From: an uncultured Methanolobus sp. | Lineage (GTDB): Archaea > Halobacteriota > Methanosarcinia > Methanosarcinales > Methanosarcinaceae | Assembly: GCA_963667555.1 (NCBI GenBank) | Contig: OY763421.1 | Span: forward strand, 449,562 to 513,561 | Direction: 5' to 3' | DNA length: 64,000 bases | Shown here: piece after piece, positions 40,853 to 50,042 of the stretch | How the letters are laid out: each line of letters starts with the position of its first letter | Position numbering within the stretch: position 1 is the first letter of the stretch | Program-made: the position numbers and the translations under genes | Notes under the pieces: model-generated | What the model was told of the DNA's origin: nothing | Seen by the model: the letters and a program-made list of their open reading frames with translations, nothing else | Database searches by the model: none

Positions 40853-42024
40853 AGCTTAGAAATTTATTAGTTATTACTAATAACTATCCTAACTCAGACA
40901 ATTCATATGCTAGCGAAATATTTGTAAAAGAGCAAGTGAAATATTTAAAAGAAAATTTTCATACCATATATATAATTTCCCCTGTCGCATATGGTGTCGA
41001 GTATTTAAGGAAGACAACTCACGAAAATTATCAGTATGATAATGTCAAAGTATTCTTCCCAAAATATTTCAATATTCCTTTTTTTTATAAGTATTTGAAA
41101 TCAATATGGATTAAACTTGAACTTAGATCCATATTAAAACTTATTGAAAAACAAGGCATCAATTTTGATTTAATTCACGCACATTTTACTTGGCCTTCTG
41201 GATCTGTAGCAGCGGAATTAAAGACAATATATAATGTACCGGTCATAATTACGGAGCACACATCTAACACTTTCATTAATATGATTTCAAATAAAGATAA
41301 GCATTCTATCAAAGCATGGAATAAAGCTGATGCAATTATACGAGTAAATAGAAGAGACATTTCTTTGTTTGAGGAAGTAGGTATTCCATTAAAAAAGGTA
41401 TACTACATACCTAACGGCTTAGATGAAAATAAATTTAAGGTTCTTGATAGGCAGAAATGTAAAGATAAATTGAACTTACCAAATGACAAAAAAATAATTT
41501 TAAATGTAGGGCACTTATATAGTCCTCTCAAAGGACATACATATCTTGTGAAAGCAATGAATGAAATTGTGAATAAAATGTGTGATATACATTGCTACAT
41601 AGTTGGTGATGGAGTCTTAAAAAATGAATTGCAAACTCAGATAGTAAAGTATGATTTGCAAGAATATGTAACACTTGTAGGTAGTATTAGCCATGACGAA
41701 ATTTCTCTTTGGATGAATGCATGTGATATTTTTGTATTACCCAGCTTAAAAGAAAGTTTTGGAATCGTTCAAATTGAAGCTATGGCATGTGGAAAACCTG
41801 TTGTAGCAACGTACAACGGTGGAAGTGAGGAAATAATTAAGTCTGAAAACCATGGTTTATTGTGCGAGCCTGCGAATGTTATTGATTTACAGAAGGTAAT
41901 TCTTCAAGCATTATCCAAAGATTGGGATTCAAGAACTATTATTAAATATTCAAGCAAATACAACATGAGTAATATTTCAAAAGAAATTCTTGATATTTAC
42001 TCTAGAGTTCTTGATAAATCCTAA
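40849..42024 (+). CDS. GT4 glycosyltransferase (TuaC-like)
   Basis: IHAHF, IPNG.D, KGH, DIFVLPS..ESFG.V..EAMACGKPVV. Confidence 0.9.
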   Translation: MKLRNLLVITNNYPNSDNSYASEIFVKEQVKYLKENFHTIYIISPVAYGVEYLRKTTHENYQYDNVKVFFPKYFNIPFFYKYLKSIWIKLELRSILKLIEKQGINFDLIHAHFTWPSGSVAAELKTIYNVPVIITEHTSNTFINMISNKDKHSIKAWNKADAIIRVNRRDISLFEEVGIPLKKVYYIPNGLDENKFKVLDRQKCKDKLNLPNDKKIILNVGHLYSPLKGHTYLVKAMNEIVNKMCDIHCYIVGDGVLKNELQTQIVKYDLQEYVTLVGSISHDEISLWMNACDIFVLPSLKESFGIVQIEAMACGKPVVATYNGGSEEIIKSENHGLLCEPANVIDLQKVILQALSKDWDSRTIIKYSSKYNMSNISKEILDIYSRVLDKS

Positions 42025-42076
42025 AGCAATGTTCACGTAGATGAGATCATCTATAAAATTTTTATTACCATTATTA

Positions 42077-44038
42077 CTATAAGTATGCTTTTGCTGTTCC
42101 AATATCATATATACACTTGTATCGTACATCAAAATATTCATTTAAGTCCTCTTCCATTACTAAAGAATAGTGAGGTTGCATAGGTCTTTCAAGATAAATT
42201 GTTCTCCATAATACCAATCCGCCACCTATGTCAGTTCTATTAATGTATCCTTCACTTATTGTGTTGTAATCGACAGCTTCTTGTCTTCTTAAATATGAGT
42301 TAAATGGTCTTAAACGGGTTTGATGATCAGTTATGATGTTGCCTTGATAAGTATTATTCACATTTTCAAACAATTTCATTTCAGAATCTTTCCATATTAG
42401 TATTTGCTTACTGTCTTCCCCAATAACAGGGGAGTCCATATTTGTTATTGAATTGGTTATATTTAAAAATACAAAGGATATTAATAATATAAATATAAAA
42501 TATTTCCTACAAGAGTCACCTTTAATACTTTTTGTGACTAAAAGCATACCAATTCCTACAAAAAAAACAAAAGTTGTATAAATAAACGCAGGCCATCGAT
42601 AAGGTACAATATTTCTTATTCCCATTACAGGAAATACAAAAAATATAAAAAACAAAACTAATAACATAGTCAAAAGAGAAATTTTGTTGACGTCTTTATG
42701 CTCCTTTGAAAGGCTAAATAAACTACCTATAATTCCAAAAATTGTAAATATGAGAAAACCAGCTATTTCAATTATTGAAATTAGAGAATCTTGATTGTTA
42801 ACAACTTCTCTCCCCAAGAATTTTGCCTCTGAAGAGAGTGAGTTTGCAAATCCTTCTATGATTGGATTTATGAAAGGATATTTAGGATCCATCCAATGAT
42901 ATAGTAATATTGTTAGAAATAATAAAAAGAAACTAAAGTTAATTATTGGTTTTAGACCTATTATTTTACAATTATTATATACAATATTATAACTGATATT
43001 GCCTAGGTATAAAGAGATTAGAGATACTAAAAAAATGAATGATGATATTGTGTGAGTCCAAACAATTATAAAAGCAAATAAAACTAAAAAAGTTGTAAAG
43101 ATAAGTTTATTTTTTACATTATTTTTTATGAAAAGTAAGCAAATAAGTATTGAATAAAGTGATAGACCAAAAGTCATTGCAATTATTTGTATACTCCATT
43201 GCATGTGAAAATCACTAAAATTAAGAATTAACATTGAAAAAAGAGCAAGTTTTTCATCTCCGCTGATATGCTTAATTGCTAGATAAACAAATATTGTAGC
43301 AAACACTAGTATTATTCCTATTATTGACATTGATCCTTTTACACTAATTTCACCTATAACTGTCGTTATGGATGCAAAGAGATGCATCAACGGATAGTTG
43401 GTGTAGTAAACATGAGATTCTGGAAAAACGCTTGTTTTTAACATCGCAATATCGTTAATTAATTCAGCATGTACCCAAGGATCAGAACCAACTGGAAATG
43501 ATGAAATGAAAAAAGCTGTACTTCGAGTAATGATGGAAACAAGTAATATTTTAAAGATAACCTTATAGCGCAATAAATAATTTTCATAATTTATGGATAA
43601 TATTTCAATTCCTAATGATGCAACTGAAATCGACAAACTTACAAAAAGTAGTAGTGGCCTATGGTATGCCTGTGCTTGATAAAATGCAAGTAGAGAAGTG
43701 ATAATTCCTAACCAGTAAACAATCTGGATTAATTTTAGTTTGTCTTTAGTTAAAGAAAGAACTAGACTTGTATTTGTTGTTTGAAATTTGTCTTTGTACA
43801 CTATGTATAAAAGACATGTAATTGACATAAGTGGACCAATAGTAATTAAATAGTTATTACTGTACACCATATTTAAAAAAGTAATACACAATCCTAAAAA
43901 AGATCCTAATAGAGCAAATAGTCCATCAATTGAAAATAAATTAGTTTTTTTAATTTTAGCAATCGTAATGGCAAAAACAACTACTGTCAAAATTATAACT
44001 ATTGGTGCACTTTCCCTAAATATCATATAATCTACCAA
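42077..44038 (-). CDS. Polytopic membrane protein, GT-C-like/polymerase candidate
   Basis: 653 aa, GSDPWVH loop motif, YYTNYPLMH, THT; many TM helices. Confidence 0.55.
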   Translation of the reverse strand: MVDYMIFRESAPIVIILTVVVFAITIAKIKKTNLFSIDGLFALLGSFLGLCITFLNMVYSNNYLITIGPLMSITCLLYIVYKDKFQTTNTSLVLSLTKDKLKLIQIVYWLGIITSLLAFYQAQAYHRPLLLFVSLSISVASLGIEILSINYENYLLRYKVIFKILLVSIITRSTAFFISSFPVGSDPWVHAELINDIAMLKTSVFPESHVYYTNYPLMHLFASITTVIGEISVKGSMSIIGIILVFATIFVYLAIKHISGDEKLALFSMLILNFSDFHMQWSIQIIAMTFGLSLYSILICLLFIKNNVKNKLIFTTFLVLFAFIIVWTHTISSFIFLVSLISLYLGNISYNIVYNNCKIIGLKPIINFSFFLLFLTILLYHWMDPKYPFINPIIEGFANSLSSEAKFLGREVVNNQDSLISIIEIAGFLIFTIFGIIGSLFSLSKEHKDVNKISLLTMLLVLFFIFFVFPVMGIRNIVPYRWPAFIYTTFVFFVGIGMLLVTKSIKGDSCRKYFIFILLISFVFLNITNSITNMDSPVIGEDSKQILIWKDSEMKLFENVNNTYQGNIITDHQTRLRPFNSYLRRQEAVDYNTISEGYINRTDIGGGLVLWRTIYLERPMQPHYSLVMEEDLNEYFDVRYKCIYDIGTAKAYL

Positions 44039-45324
44039 TTTTTGTCATTCAAAGTATACTTATTAATAAAATAAAGATTTACTATAGTTACAAATATTAA
44101 TGAAATAGAAGTAGCACTTGCAGCTCCATTCAATCCATATTTTGGAATCAAAGCTACATTTAATAATATATTTAATGCAGCAGAAACAACACTTATCTTA
44201 AATGTTACTTTAACTTTTCCAATACTTGAAAGACAAGACCCAATTGAAACAAATAGTGAATACACAGTATAGCCAAATAAAAGTATTAATAGTGGATAAT
44301 ATGCAGGGAAAAATTCTTCTGTAAAGATTAAAGATATCATTTCTTTTCCTGCAATTGCTAGTGTAAGTGCAACAGAAACAGTAACAATAAATGATTTTTG
44401 TAATGTTTTTAATATCAAATATCTGATTTTTAAAAAGTCTTTTTTTCCATAGTAACTCGCAATTAAAGGATTCGTTATTCTCTGTACGGCCTGTGGAATT
44501 ATAACTATTCCCTGTATGAAAAGTACTGATACCGCATAATAACCAACTTCGTCTTCGTTCAGAAAATATCCTAGTAAAAGACTGTCAACCTGCGTGTTAA
44601 TTAAACCTATAGAATTTGCCAATACAACATAGAACCCAAAAAAAATAATTTCTTTGAGATAAGGAAGTCTTATCATATTCTTAATAGTAATATATCTTCT
44701 AGCTTGTGACAATAACAGTAACCCTACAACAATTGTAGGTACAACAAAGCCTAAGACTGCACCTTTAACACCCGTATTCAATAGTATTACCATTACAATT
44801 GACATAATCAAAACAGTAGCATTTTGAACAATAGTTACAATTGCATATAATTTCATTCTTCTTAATCCATTAAGCATTCCAATTACAATTTTTTGCACAG
44901 CTATAAATGGAAAACATAATGCAGTTATTTTCAATAGCAGAATCATTTCAGGAATGTGAAATATTGTAATTGCTATAATGGGCGAGAATACATAAAGTAA
45001 AAGTCCCATAAGTGAACCACTTATTATTGACCCAATTAAACTTGATGAAACATAATCTCTAATTATTTCAGAATTACTATTAAACTCAGCTACATATTTA
45101 GTTAAGGCTATTCCTATACCAAAAGCTGCAAATTGCATTCCAAACATGTATATTGTAAAAGTAAGTGTATATATGCCGAGGCCCGATGGACCTAATTCTT
45201 TCCCTATAATTACTCTCAGAATTAGGTGGCAAATTGAAGAAATAGCAATGCTAACAAATGACCATTGTATATCTCCAGTTACCTTACTATTTTTTAAATA
45301 GAACATAATTTCACTTAAAATCAT
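44032..45324 (-). CDS. Oligosaccharide flippase (Wzx/MOP superfamily)
   Basis: ELGPSGLG.Y, VDSLLLG..L...VGYY, LIPKYG..GAA.AT. Confidence 0.88.
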   Translation of the reverse strand: MILSEIMFYLKNSKVTGDIQWSFVSIAISSICHLILRVIIGKELGPSGLGIYTLTFTIYMFGMQFAAFGIGIALTKYVAEFNSNSEIIRDYVSSSLIGSIISGSLMGLLLYVFSPIIAITIFHIPEMILLLKITALCFPFIAVQKIVIGMLNGLRRMKLYAIVTIVQNATVLIMSIVMVILLNTGVKGAVLGFVVPTIVVGLLLLSQARRYITIKNMIRLPYLKEIIFFGFYVVLANSIGLINTQVDSLLLGYFLNEDEVGYYAVSVLFIQGIVIIPQAVQRITNPLIASYYGKKDFLKIRYLILKTLQKSFIVTVSVALTLAIAGKEMISLIFTEEFFPAYYPLLILLFGYTVYSLFVSIGSCLSSIGKVKVTFKISVVSAALNILLNVALIPKYGLNGAASATSISLIFVTIVNLYFINKYTLNDKNW

Positions 45325-45390
45325 CTTTTTGTTTTTCTATATTTTGCAGCAAAATTAGTCCAAATACTACCTTTTTATTTCACAACACCC

Positions 45391-46248
45391 CTAACCCAGA
45401 AAAGGAATCAATCCAAACAAAAACACATTCACAAATCCATGAGTTAATGAAACAAGTGCCAGATTTCCAGTTCTTTGGAACATGTATCCAAAAATAACTC
45501 CTGCAGAGGCTGTCAGGAGTAACTCATAAGGGGTTCCGTATCCCGAGTGCATTATTCCAAATAGTATACTAGTTACAACAAGGCCTTTTTGCATTCCAAA
45601 GGATTTTTGTAGTCTTGTTTGCAACAGCGATCTGAAAATAAGTTCCTCTACAAAACCTACATAGAAGATCATAATCAAAGAAAGCTGCAGGAGACTTTTG
45701 AGTGAAAGATCAGGTATAAGGCTTTGTGCATTTATGGTGTACCATTCAGCTAATCCAATCAAGTATCCGATTACAAGAGATATAGGTATGAATAAGTGGA
45801 TGTTCTTTAGTGTGAATCCTTCTTCTTTCAGTGTGAGTTTCTGGTGGCGTGCGATGAGGTATATAGGTATGATCAGGGGTGTATAGATGAAGATGTAAAG
45901 GTAAAGTGTTCTTTCTGTGAAAACTGGCATGGATATATTGATCAGTCTTAATATTGGTAGCAATATGAGGGCCTGTAAAGAGTAACTAGTGTTTGAATCG
46001 TGCATCCATGCTGAAGATAAGGCCAAACTTAGAAGAATAATTACATGCATGGATATGCCAATTTCCAGTTTACCCATATAGAGCATTAATTCTGCAATTA
46101 TGATGCTTAGTATTGGAAGTAATATTATTTTCCAATCCTTAGTATTATTATTAAACATTTCAAGACTAGCCACATGCCGAATATTCGTGTCTTCCATAAT
46201 GCCTCTATATTGTTTGCTTTTAATCATAGCAAAAATTTCATTCAGCAT
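45391..46248 (-). CDS. CPBP (type II CAAX/Abi) intramembrane metalloprotease; likely start ATG 46197
   Basis: EELIFR, FG.MH, HGFVN motifs. Confidence 0.85.
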   Translation of the reverse strand: MLNEIFAMIKSKQYRGIMEDTNIRHVASLEMFNNNTKDWKIILLPILSIIIAELMLYMGKLEIGISMHVIILLSLALSSAWMHDSNTSYSLQALILLPILRLINISMPVFTERTLYLYIFIYTPLIIPIYLIARHQKLTLKEEGFTLKNIHLFIPISLVIGYLIGLAEWYTINAQSLIPDLSLKSLLQLSLIMIFYVGFVEELIFRSLLQTRLQKSFGMQKGLVVTSILFGIMHSGYGTPYELLLTASAGVIFGYMFQRTGNLALVSLTHGFVNVFLFGLIPFLG

Positions 46249-46359
46249 TTGTTATGAAACAAAATAAATATATTTCACCATTTTTCCAAACACCCGAACG
46301 TTTTTCTCAGGCCAGATTGCCTGTATATTTGTATGCCGTTGGGTACAGTAAACTAACTA

Positions 46360-46379
46360 TACATATTTAAGTTTTATGA
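46360..46379 (-). promoter_or_regulatory. BRE-TATA-like 20-mer, identical to 35353-35372
   Basis: TACATATTTAAGTTTTATGA on the plus strand at both sites. Confidence 0.55.
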
Positions 46380-46440
46380 AATTAGTCGAATGAAAATTGG
46401 TACTGATATATACTAATGTGTGGATATTAGTATGGATTTA

Positions 46441-46577
46441 CTTGCTGACTTGCGTGTTCTCCTTCATCGCCTTATAGTATGAATTAACACTGAAAAGATT
46501 GATGATATTGGTAAGCAGATAGGATGCGAGGCCTTTCAAAAGAATGGTGTTCCTTATAGAGGACCTCTCTACAAGAT
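46441..46577 (-). pseudogene. 137-bp internal fragment of a paralogue of the AAA/DUF4143 gene (matches 53247-53383)
   Basis: Reads LVERSSIRNTILLKGLASYLLTNIINLFSVNSYYKAMKENTQVSK versus LVERFSIRNISLLKGLASYLLTNISNLFSVNSYYKAVKENTQVSK. Confidence 0.9.
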
Positions 46578-46720
46578 AAGAATGAGTCTGTCACACTCCC
46601 CGATGAGATCGGCTTCCAACTCTTCGGTCTTAGTGTCATTCTGACACGTCAAACGTTGTACGGTACACATAGCATTCCGAAAACCTCTAATTAAACATCA
46701 GATTATCGTTCTTTGTAGAA
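46574..46720 (+). repeat. Repeat family B, 3' part only
   Basis: ATAAGAATGAGTCTGTCACAC..ATTCCGAAAACCTCT nearly identical to 48207-48319. Confidence 0.9.
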
Positions 46721-46848
46721 TACTTATTGAAATCATTATATGTAGCTAATATTAGACAAAACTATCATCGTTTTTTGAGTGTCAAGATCTACTGTACCAC
46801 ATCAACCAGCAGAAATCTATATATTATAGACTCTTAATACTTAGGATT

Positions 46849-47223
46849 ATGAGTCTGTTTATCAACCGTACTGAAGAATTAGAATTCCTTGAATCAGAAT
46901 ATTCCCGTGATTCTTCATCACTGGTCGTAATATATGGAAGAAGGCGTGTTGGTAAAACAGAACTTGTGCTGAAATTCATGGCTGGAAAACCTTCAGTCTA
47001 TTATTTGTCCCAGAAACTTGACCTTGAGCATCAGGTAGAGGACTTTCTTGAAAAGACATCCGAACTGTTCATGGAAACAAGTCACTCCGCGGAGATTATG
47101 CACAATGCCTGGAAAGAGCCTGTTCCGGCAGATGAAGCACTGGAAATACTTTCTTTAGTTGGCGGGGATCTTGATGTATTCTACGATCTACTCATGGATC
47201 AAGTTCTAACAACAAAACTTTAG
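46849..47223 (+). pseudogene. Truncated archaeal AAA ATPase fused to an unrelated tail
   Basis: FINRTEEL, Walker A GRRRVGKT, but no Walker B; 124 aa. Confidence 0.75.
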
Positions 47224-47245
47224 TCACTGGGATAATGTTTGTTCT

Positions 47246-47599
47246 TCAGAGTTTCTCATCTTTTATAGTATCAACCTGAAGCATTTCGAGTCTTTCCTTA
47301 AGTCCAGGCAATTCTTCTTCCAATGTTTTCCACACAAGTTTGTAATCTACAACAAAATAAGCATGTATTAGTCGGTCTCTCATTCCTGCAATATTACTTC
47401 AGGGGATATCCGGTGCAAGTTCTGTAATGCTCTTTGGTAAAGCTTTACCGGCTTCTCCCATAATCTCAAACTGTCGTACGACAGCACTTTTTGTTTTCTC
47501 ATCTTTCAGAAAATCATCTTTGTTCATACCTGAAGTAAAATCCTCGATGGAATCAATGGCACTAATTATCTCTGAAATGTATAACGATGGTGATCTCAT
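47246..47599 (-). pseudogene. hepT: HepT/DUF86 HEPN RNase toxin with an internal nonsense codon
   Basis: TGA at 47399-47401 sits where W is expected (DIP*SNIAGMRDRLIHAYF); the frame continues 51 codons to a stop at 47246 and carries the RxxxxH motif. Confidence 0.88.
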
Positions 47600-47898
47600 A
47601 CAGTTACCATCTCTTTTAGAACTTCACTTTTCATCATTGGATGCAAAGCTCTCATTGAAACAATGTCCACTGGAAGCCCAATTCGCTCTTCCAGATAGTC
47701 ACCAAGTCCCACAAGGTCAAAAAGTGTAGCATCATCATTAAAATTTACAAGTACATCAACATCACTGTTGACATTTTCCTCTCCTCTTGCATAGGAACCG
47801 AAAATACCAACTATTTCTGCATTGAACAACTGATTAATCTCATTTTTGTGCTCTTTGATCAGGATTTTAATGTTGTCCATTTTAGCATGTTTTGGCAT
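47596..47898 (-). CDS. mntA: Minimal nucleotidyltransferase antitoxin (MNT)
   Basis: GIFGSYARGE...SDVDVLV; 4-bp overlap with hepT. Confidence 0.9.
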   Translation of the reverse strand: MPKHAKMDNIKILIKEHKNEINQLFNAEIVGIFGSYARGEENVNSDVDVLVNFNDDATLFDLVGLGDYLEERIGLPVDIVSMRALHPMMKSEVLKEMVTV

Positions 47899-47998
47899 AT
47901 TCCCACCTACTAATCTCTCTATTAATTGAGCTGACGCCCTTAGTATTTAACTCCTGCGGAAAGAAAACATAGCATGATGTGCATTAAAAATTAATCTG

Positions 47999-48350
47999 TT
48001 CTATGAAGCAAACAATAATTAGTTTAGGTCAGGACGAAGCACCGCCGCAGGCGGCGTATTGCATAACTTTGAAAATAGAATAGGAACAAGTGGCTACATT
48101 ATTATTTAGATCAAAATGACCTTATTTTTTTCATTATAGCAGATTTCTCCTGCTCTATTCCTGATTGGCATCTATTATTCTGTGATTCTCTCAAGGTATA
48201 ATCAAAATAAGAATGAGTCTGTCACACTCTCCGATGAAATCGGCTTCCAACTCTTCGGTCTTAGTGTCATTCTGACACGTCAAACGTTGTATGGTATACA
48301 TAGTATTCCGAAAACCTCTTATTAAGCATCAAATTATCTGCTTTGTAGAA
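47999..48350 (+). repeat. Repeat family B, copy 1
   Basis: CCGCCGCAGGCGG at 48042; aligns along its length with 52431-52750. Confidence 0.9.
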
Positions 48351-48461
48351 AGCCTTCTTAACATACTCTCATCTTCAAATCAAAATTTCCCACAAACGAA
48401 TAATAAGTAATTATTTCTATTCATAAACATATTTATCATTTCGAAAAGAAGGAATGATGAC

Positions 48462-48692
48462 ATGAGAGCATTCACAGTGGTCATTGAACAGGATGAGGAT
48501 GGAATATATGTGGCTTCTGTACCAGAGCTTAATGGATGCCATACTCAGGCAGAAACACTAGATGAACTTAACCAGCGTATCAAAGAGGCCATCGAGCTAT
48601 ATCTTGAAGTTACATCTGACAAAGAACTAGCCGATCACCTTGATCTTGTAGGCATACAGAATATTAGCAATAATCTACCACTATTCCATTAA
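48462..48692 (+). CDS. hicB: Orphan HicB antitoxin with no hicA, tail overlapping the vapC end
   Basis: EQDEDGIYVASVPELNGCHTQAETLDEL; convergent 12-bp overlap with vapC. Confidence 0.8.
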   Translation: MRAFTVVIEQDEDGIYVASVPELNGCHTQAETLDELNQRIKEAIELYLEVTSDKELADHLDLVGIQNISNNLPLFH

Positions 48693-49118
48693 GTCTCTTA
48701 AAACAATAACTTCTATTTCTTCTATTCTCTTAAGGGCACGGTCGTTTGTAATGAATGCTGTGCATCCTTCTTTGATAGAAGTTGCGATCTGGATAGCATC
48801 TGGTGTCTTTATAGAATAGCTGGCACGAAGTGTAGAAGCGATATCAGCAATCTCCAGATCAACATTCACAATATCAAGGTTTGGAAAAGCAGTAAGGACT
48901 TCTTTATAATCAGTAACAGCTGTTTTATTTCCATCTCTTTTAGGTTTAACAAGTATTTCAAGAAGGGTTATAGAGGACGTGATTCCTTTTCTATTTCCAC
49001 ATTCTATCTCTCCTAATATAGCGGCACAAATGTCGGAGAAATCTTCATTATCTTCAAAAAGATAGATGAACAGCATTGTATCAATGCCAATTTTAGAATG
49101 TTCCTCAATTTTCAGCAT
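48681..49118 (-). CDS. vapC: PIN-domain VapC toxin
   Basis: IDT..F, EI, TPDAI, TND acidic PIN residues intact. Confidence 0.9.
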   Translation of the reverse strand: MLKIEEHSKIGIDTMLFIYLFEDNEDFSDICAAILGEIECGNRKGITSSITLLEILVKPKRDGNKTAVTDYKEVLTAFPNLDIVNVDLEIADIASTLRASYSIKTPDAIQIATSIKEGCTAFITNDRALKRIEEIEVIVLRDLME

Positions 49119-49356
49119 GATTGTCCCAGGACATTCTTTCCCTTTTCAGGAATTCTTCTGAATCTACATTCTCCCAGATATCTTTATGCAAACCTCGCAT
49201 CTTGCTGGTGTAATAATTAGTTTTCTTTGTAAGAACAAGTTTATCTTCTTCGATCTGAACCAATATTTCGTCATTTGATGCAAAATGCATCTTTCTGATA
49301 AGATCCTCAGGGAGAGCAATGGTATGTTCACTACTAAGTTTGACTATTATACTCAT
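49105..49356 (-). CDS. vapB: AbrB/MazE-like antitoxin (VapB)
   Basis: IALPEDLIRKM......EIL...EEDKLVL; overlaps the vapC start. Confidence 0.8.
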   Translation of the reverse strand: MSIIVKLSSEHTIALPEDLIRKMHFASNDEILVQIEEDKLVLTKKTNYYTSKMRGLHKDIWENVDSEEFLKRERMSWDNHAEN

Positions 49357-49418
49357 ACTTCACCATATTCCATATTGTACTTTTCAGTTAAATGTTTGTT
49401 GACTTGTGGCAATGATAT

Positions 49419-49435
49419 CACCGCCAAAGGCGGTG
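49419..49435 (+). repeat. Triloop hairpin motif
   Basis: CACCGCC-AAA-GGCGGTG, perfect 7-bp stem. Confidence 0.8.
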
Positions 49436-49542
49436 CTTTGTCATGCTGCTGAATTAGTTAAAAGTGAAGATGTAGCATATTGTATTCCCTAAGTAGACTA
49501 ATCACCACAACTTCTTATGACAGATACTTTACAGTTATCATA

Positions 49543-49809
49543 TCAATATTTTCTGTATATCTTACTTCGATGCCCCATTTCAAGAATCAGAATTAGTAAT
49601 CTGTCATTCAATATGTCAAGAATGACTCGATATTCTCCTACCATATGGGTATATAGTGGATGCCTTTTTGTTCCCTTAAGTTTCTTAACGGCAGCAAATG
49701 GATTATCTTTTAAATCATTTACAGAAAGAATTATCTGTTTTGATACCTCTGGCGGCAATTTATAAAGTTCTTTTCTTGCCTTTTCAGTATATTCTACCCT
49801 GTAACTCAT
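49543..49809 (-). CDS. relE: RelE/ParE-family toxin
   Basis: YRVEYT.KA.KEL.KL..VGEYRVI. Confidence 0.88.
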   Translation of the reverse strand: MSYRVEYTEKARKELYKLPPEVSKQIILSVNDLKDNPFAAVKKLKGTKRHPLYTHMVGEYRVILDILNDRLLILILEMGHRSKIYRKY

Positions 49810-50042
49810 AGCAATCCGAATTCTTTCATGATAGCTTCTTCAGAATGAATTCTTCCGGCTTTGATATCTTCCAGAGCTTCCTCCAGGCCTTTTATAGCTT
49901 CATCACTCAAATCATCATTATCGCATGCCATATCAACAAGCCTTGATATAACATCGTTATAAGATTCACGTGGATTCAGTCTCAATTCCGAAAGAACATC
50001 TTTAAGGTCGGAATTGATTTTTATAGTAGTGCTACCGGACAT
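49806..50042 (-). CDS. Antitoxin of the RelE module (RHH-like N-terminus, acidic C-terminus)
   Basis: TTIKI..DLK..L..L......SY.DVI.RL; ATGA overlap with relE. Confidence 0.75.
   Translation of the reverse strand: MSGSTTIKINSDLKDVLSELRLNPRESYNDVISRLVDMACDNDDLSDEAIKGLEEALEDIKAGRIHSEEAIMKEFGLL

Noticed and set aside
47399-47401. Selenocysteine recoding of the hepT TGA
   Set aside because: The position corresponds to a conserved Trp, no SECIS was recognised, and Methanosarcinales are not known to use Sec
48191-48301. 36-aa ORF on the minus strand of repeat B (MYTIQRLTCQND...)
   Set aside because: The copy at 52.7 kb has a stop after 13 codons plus indels, so coding is not what is conserved
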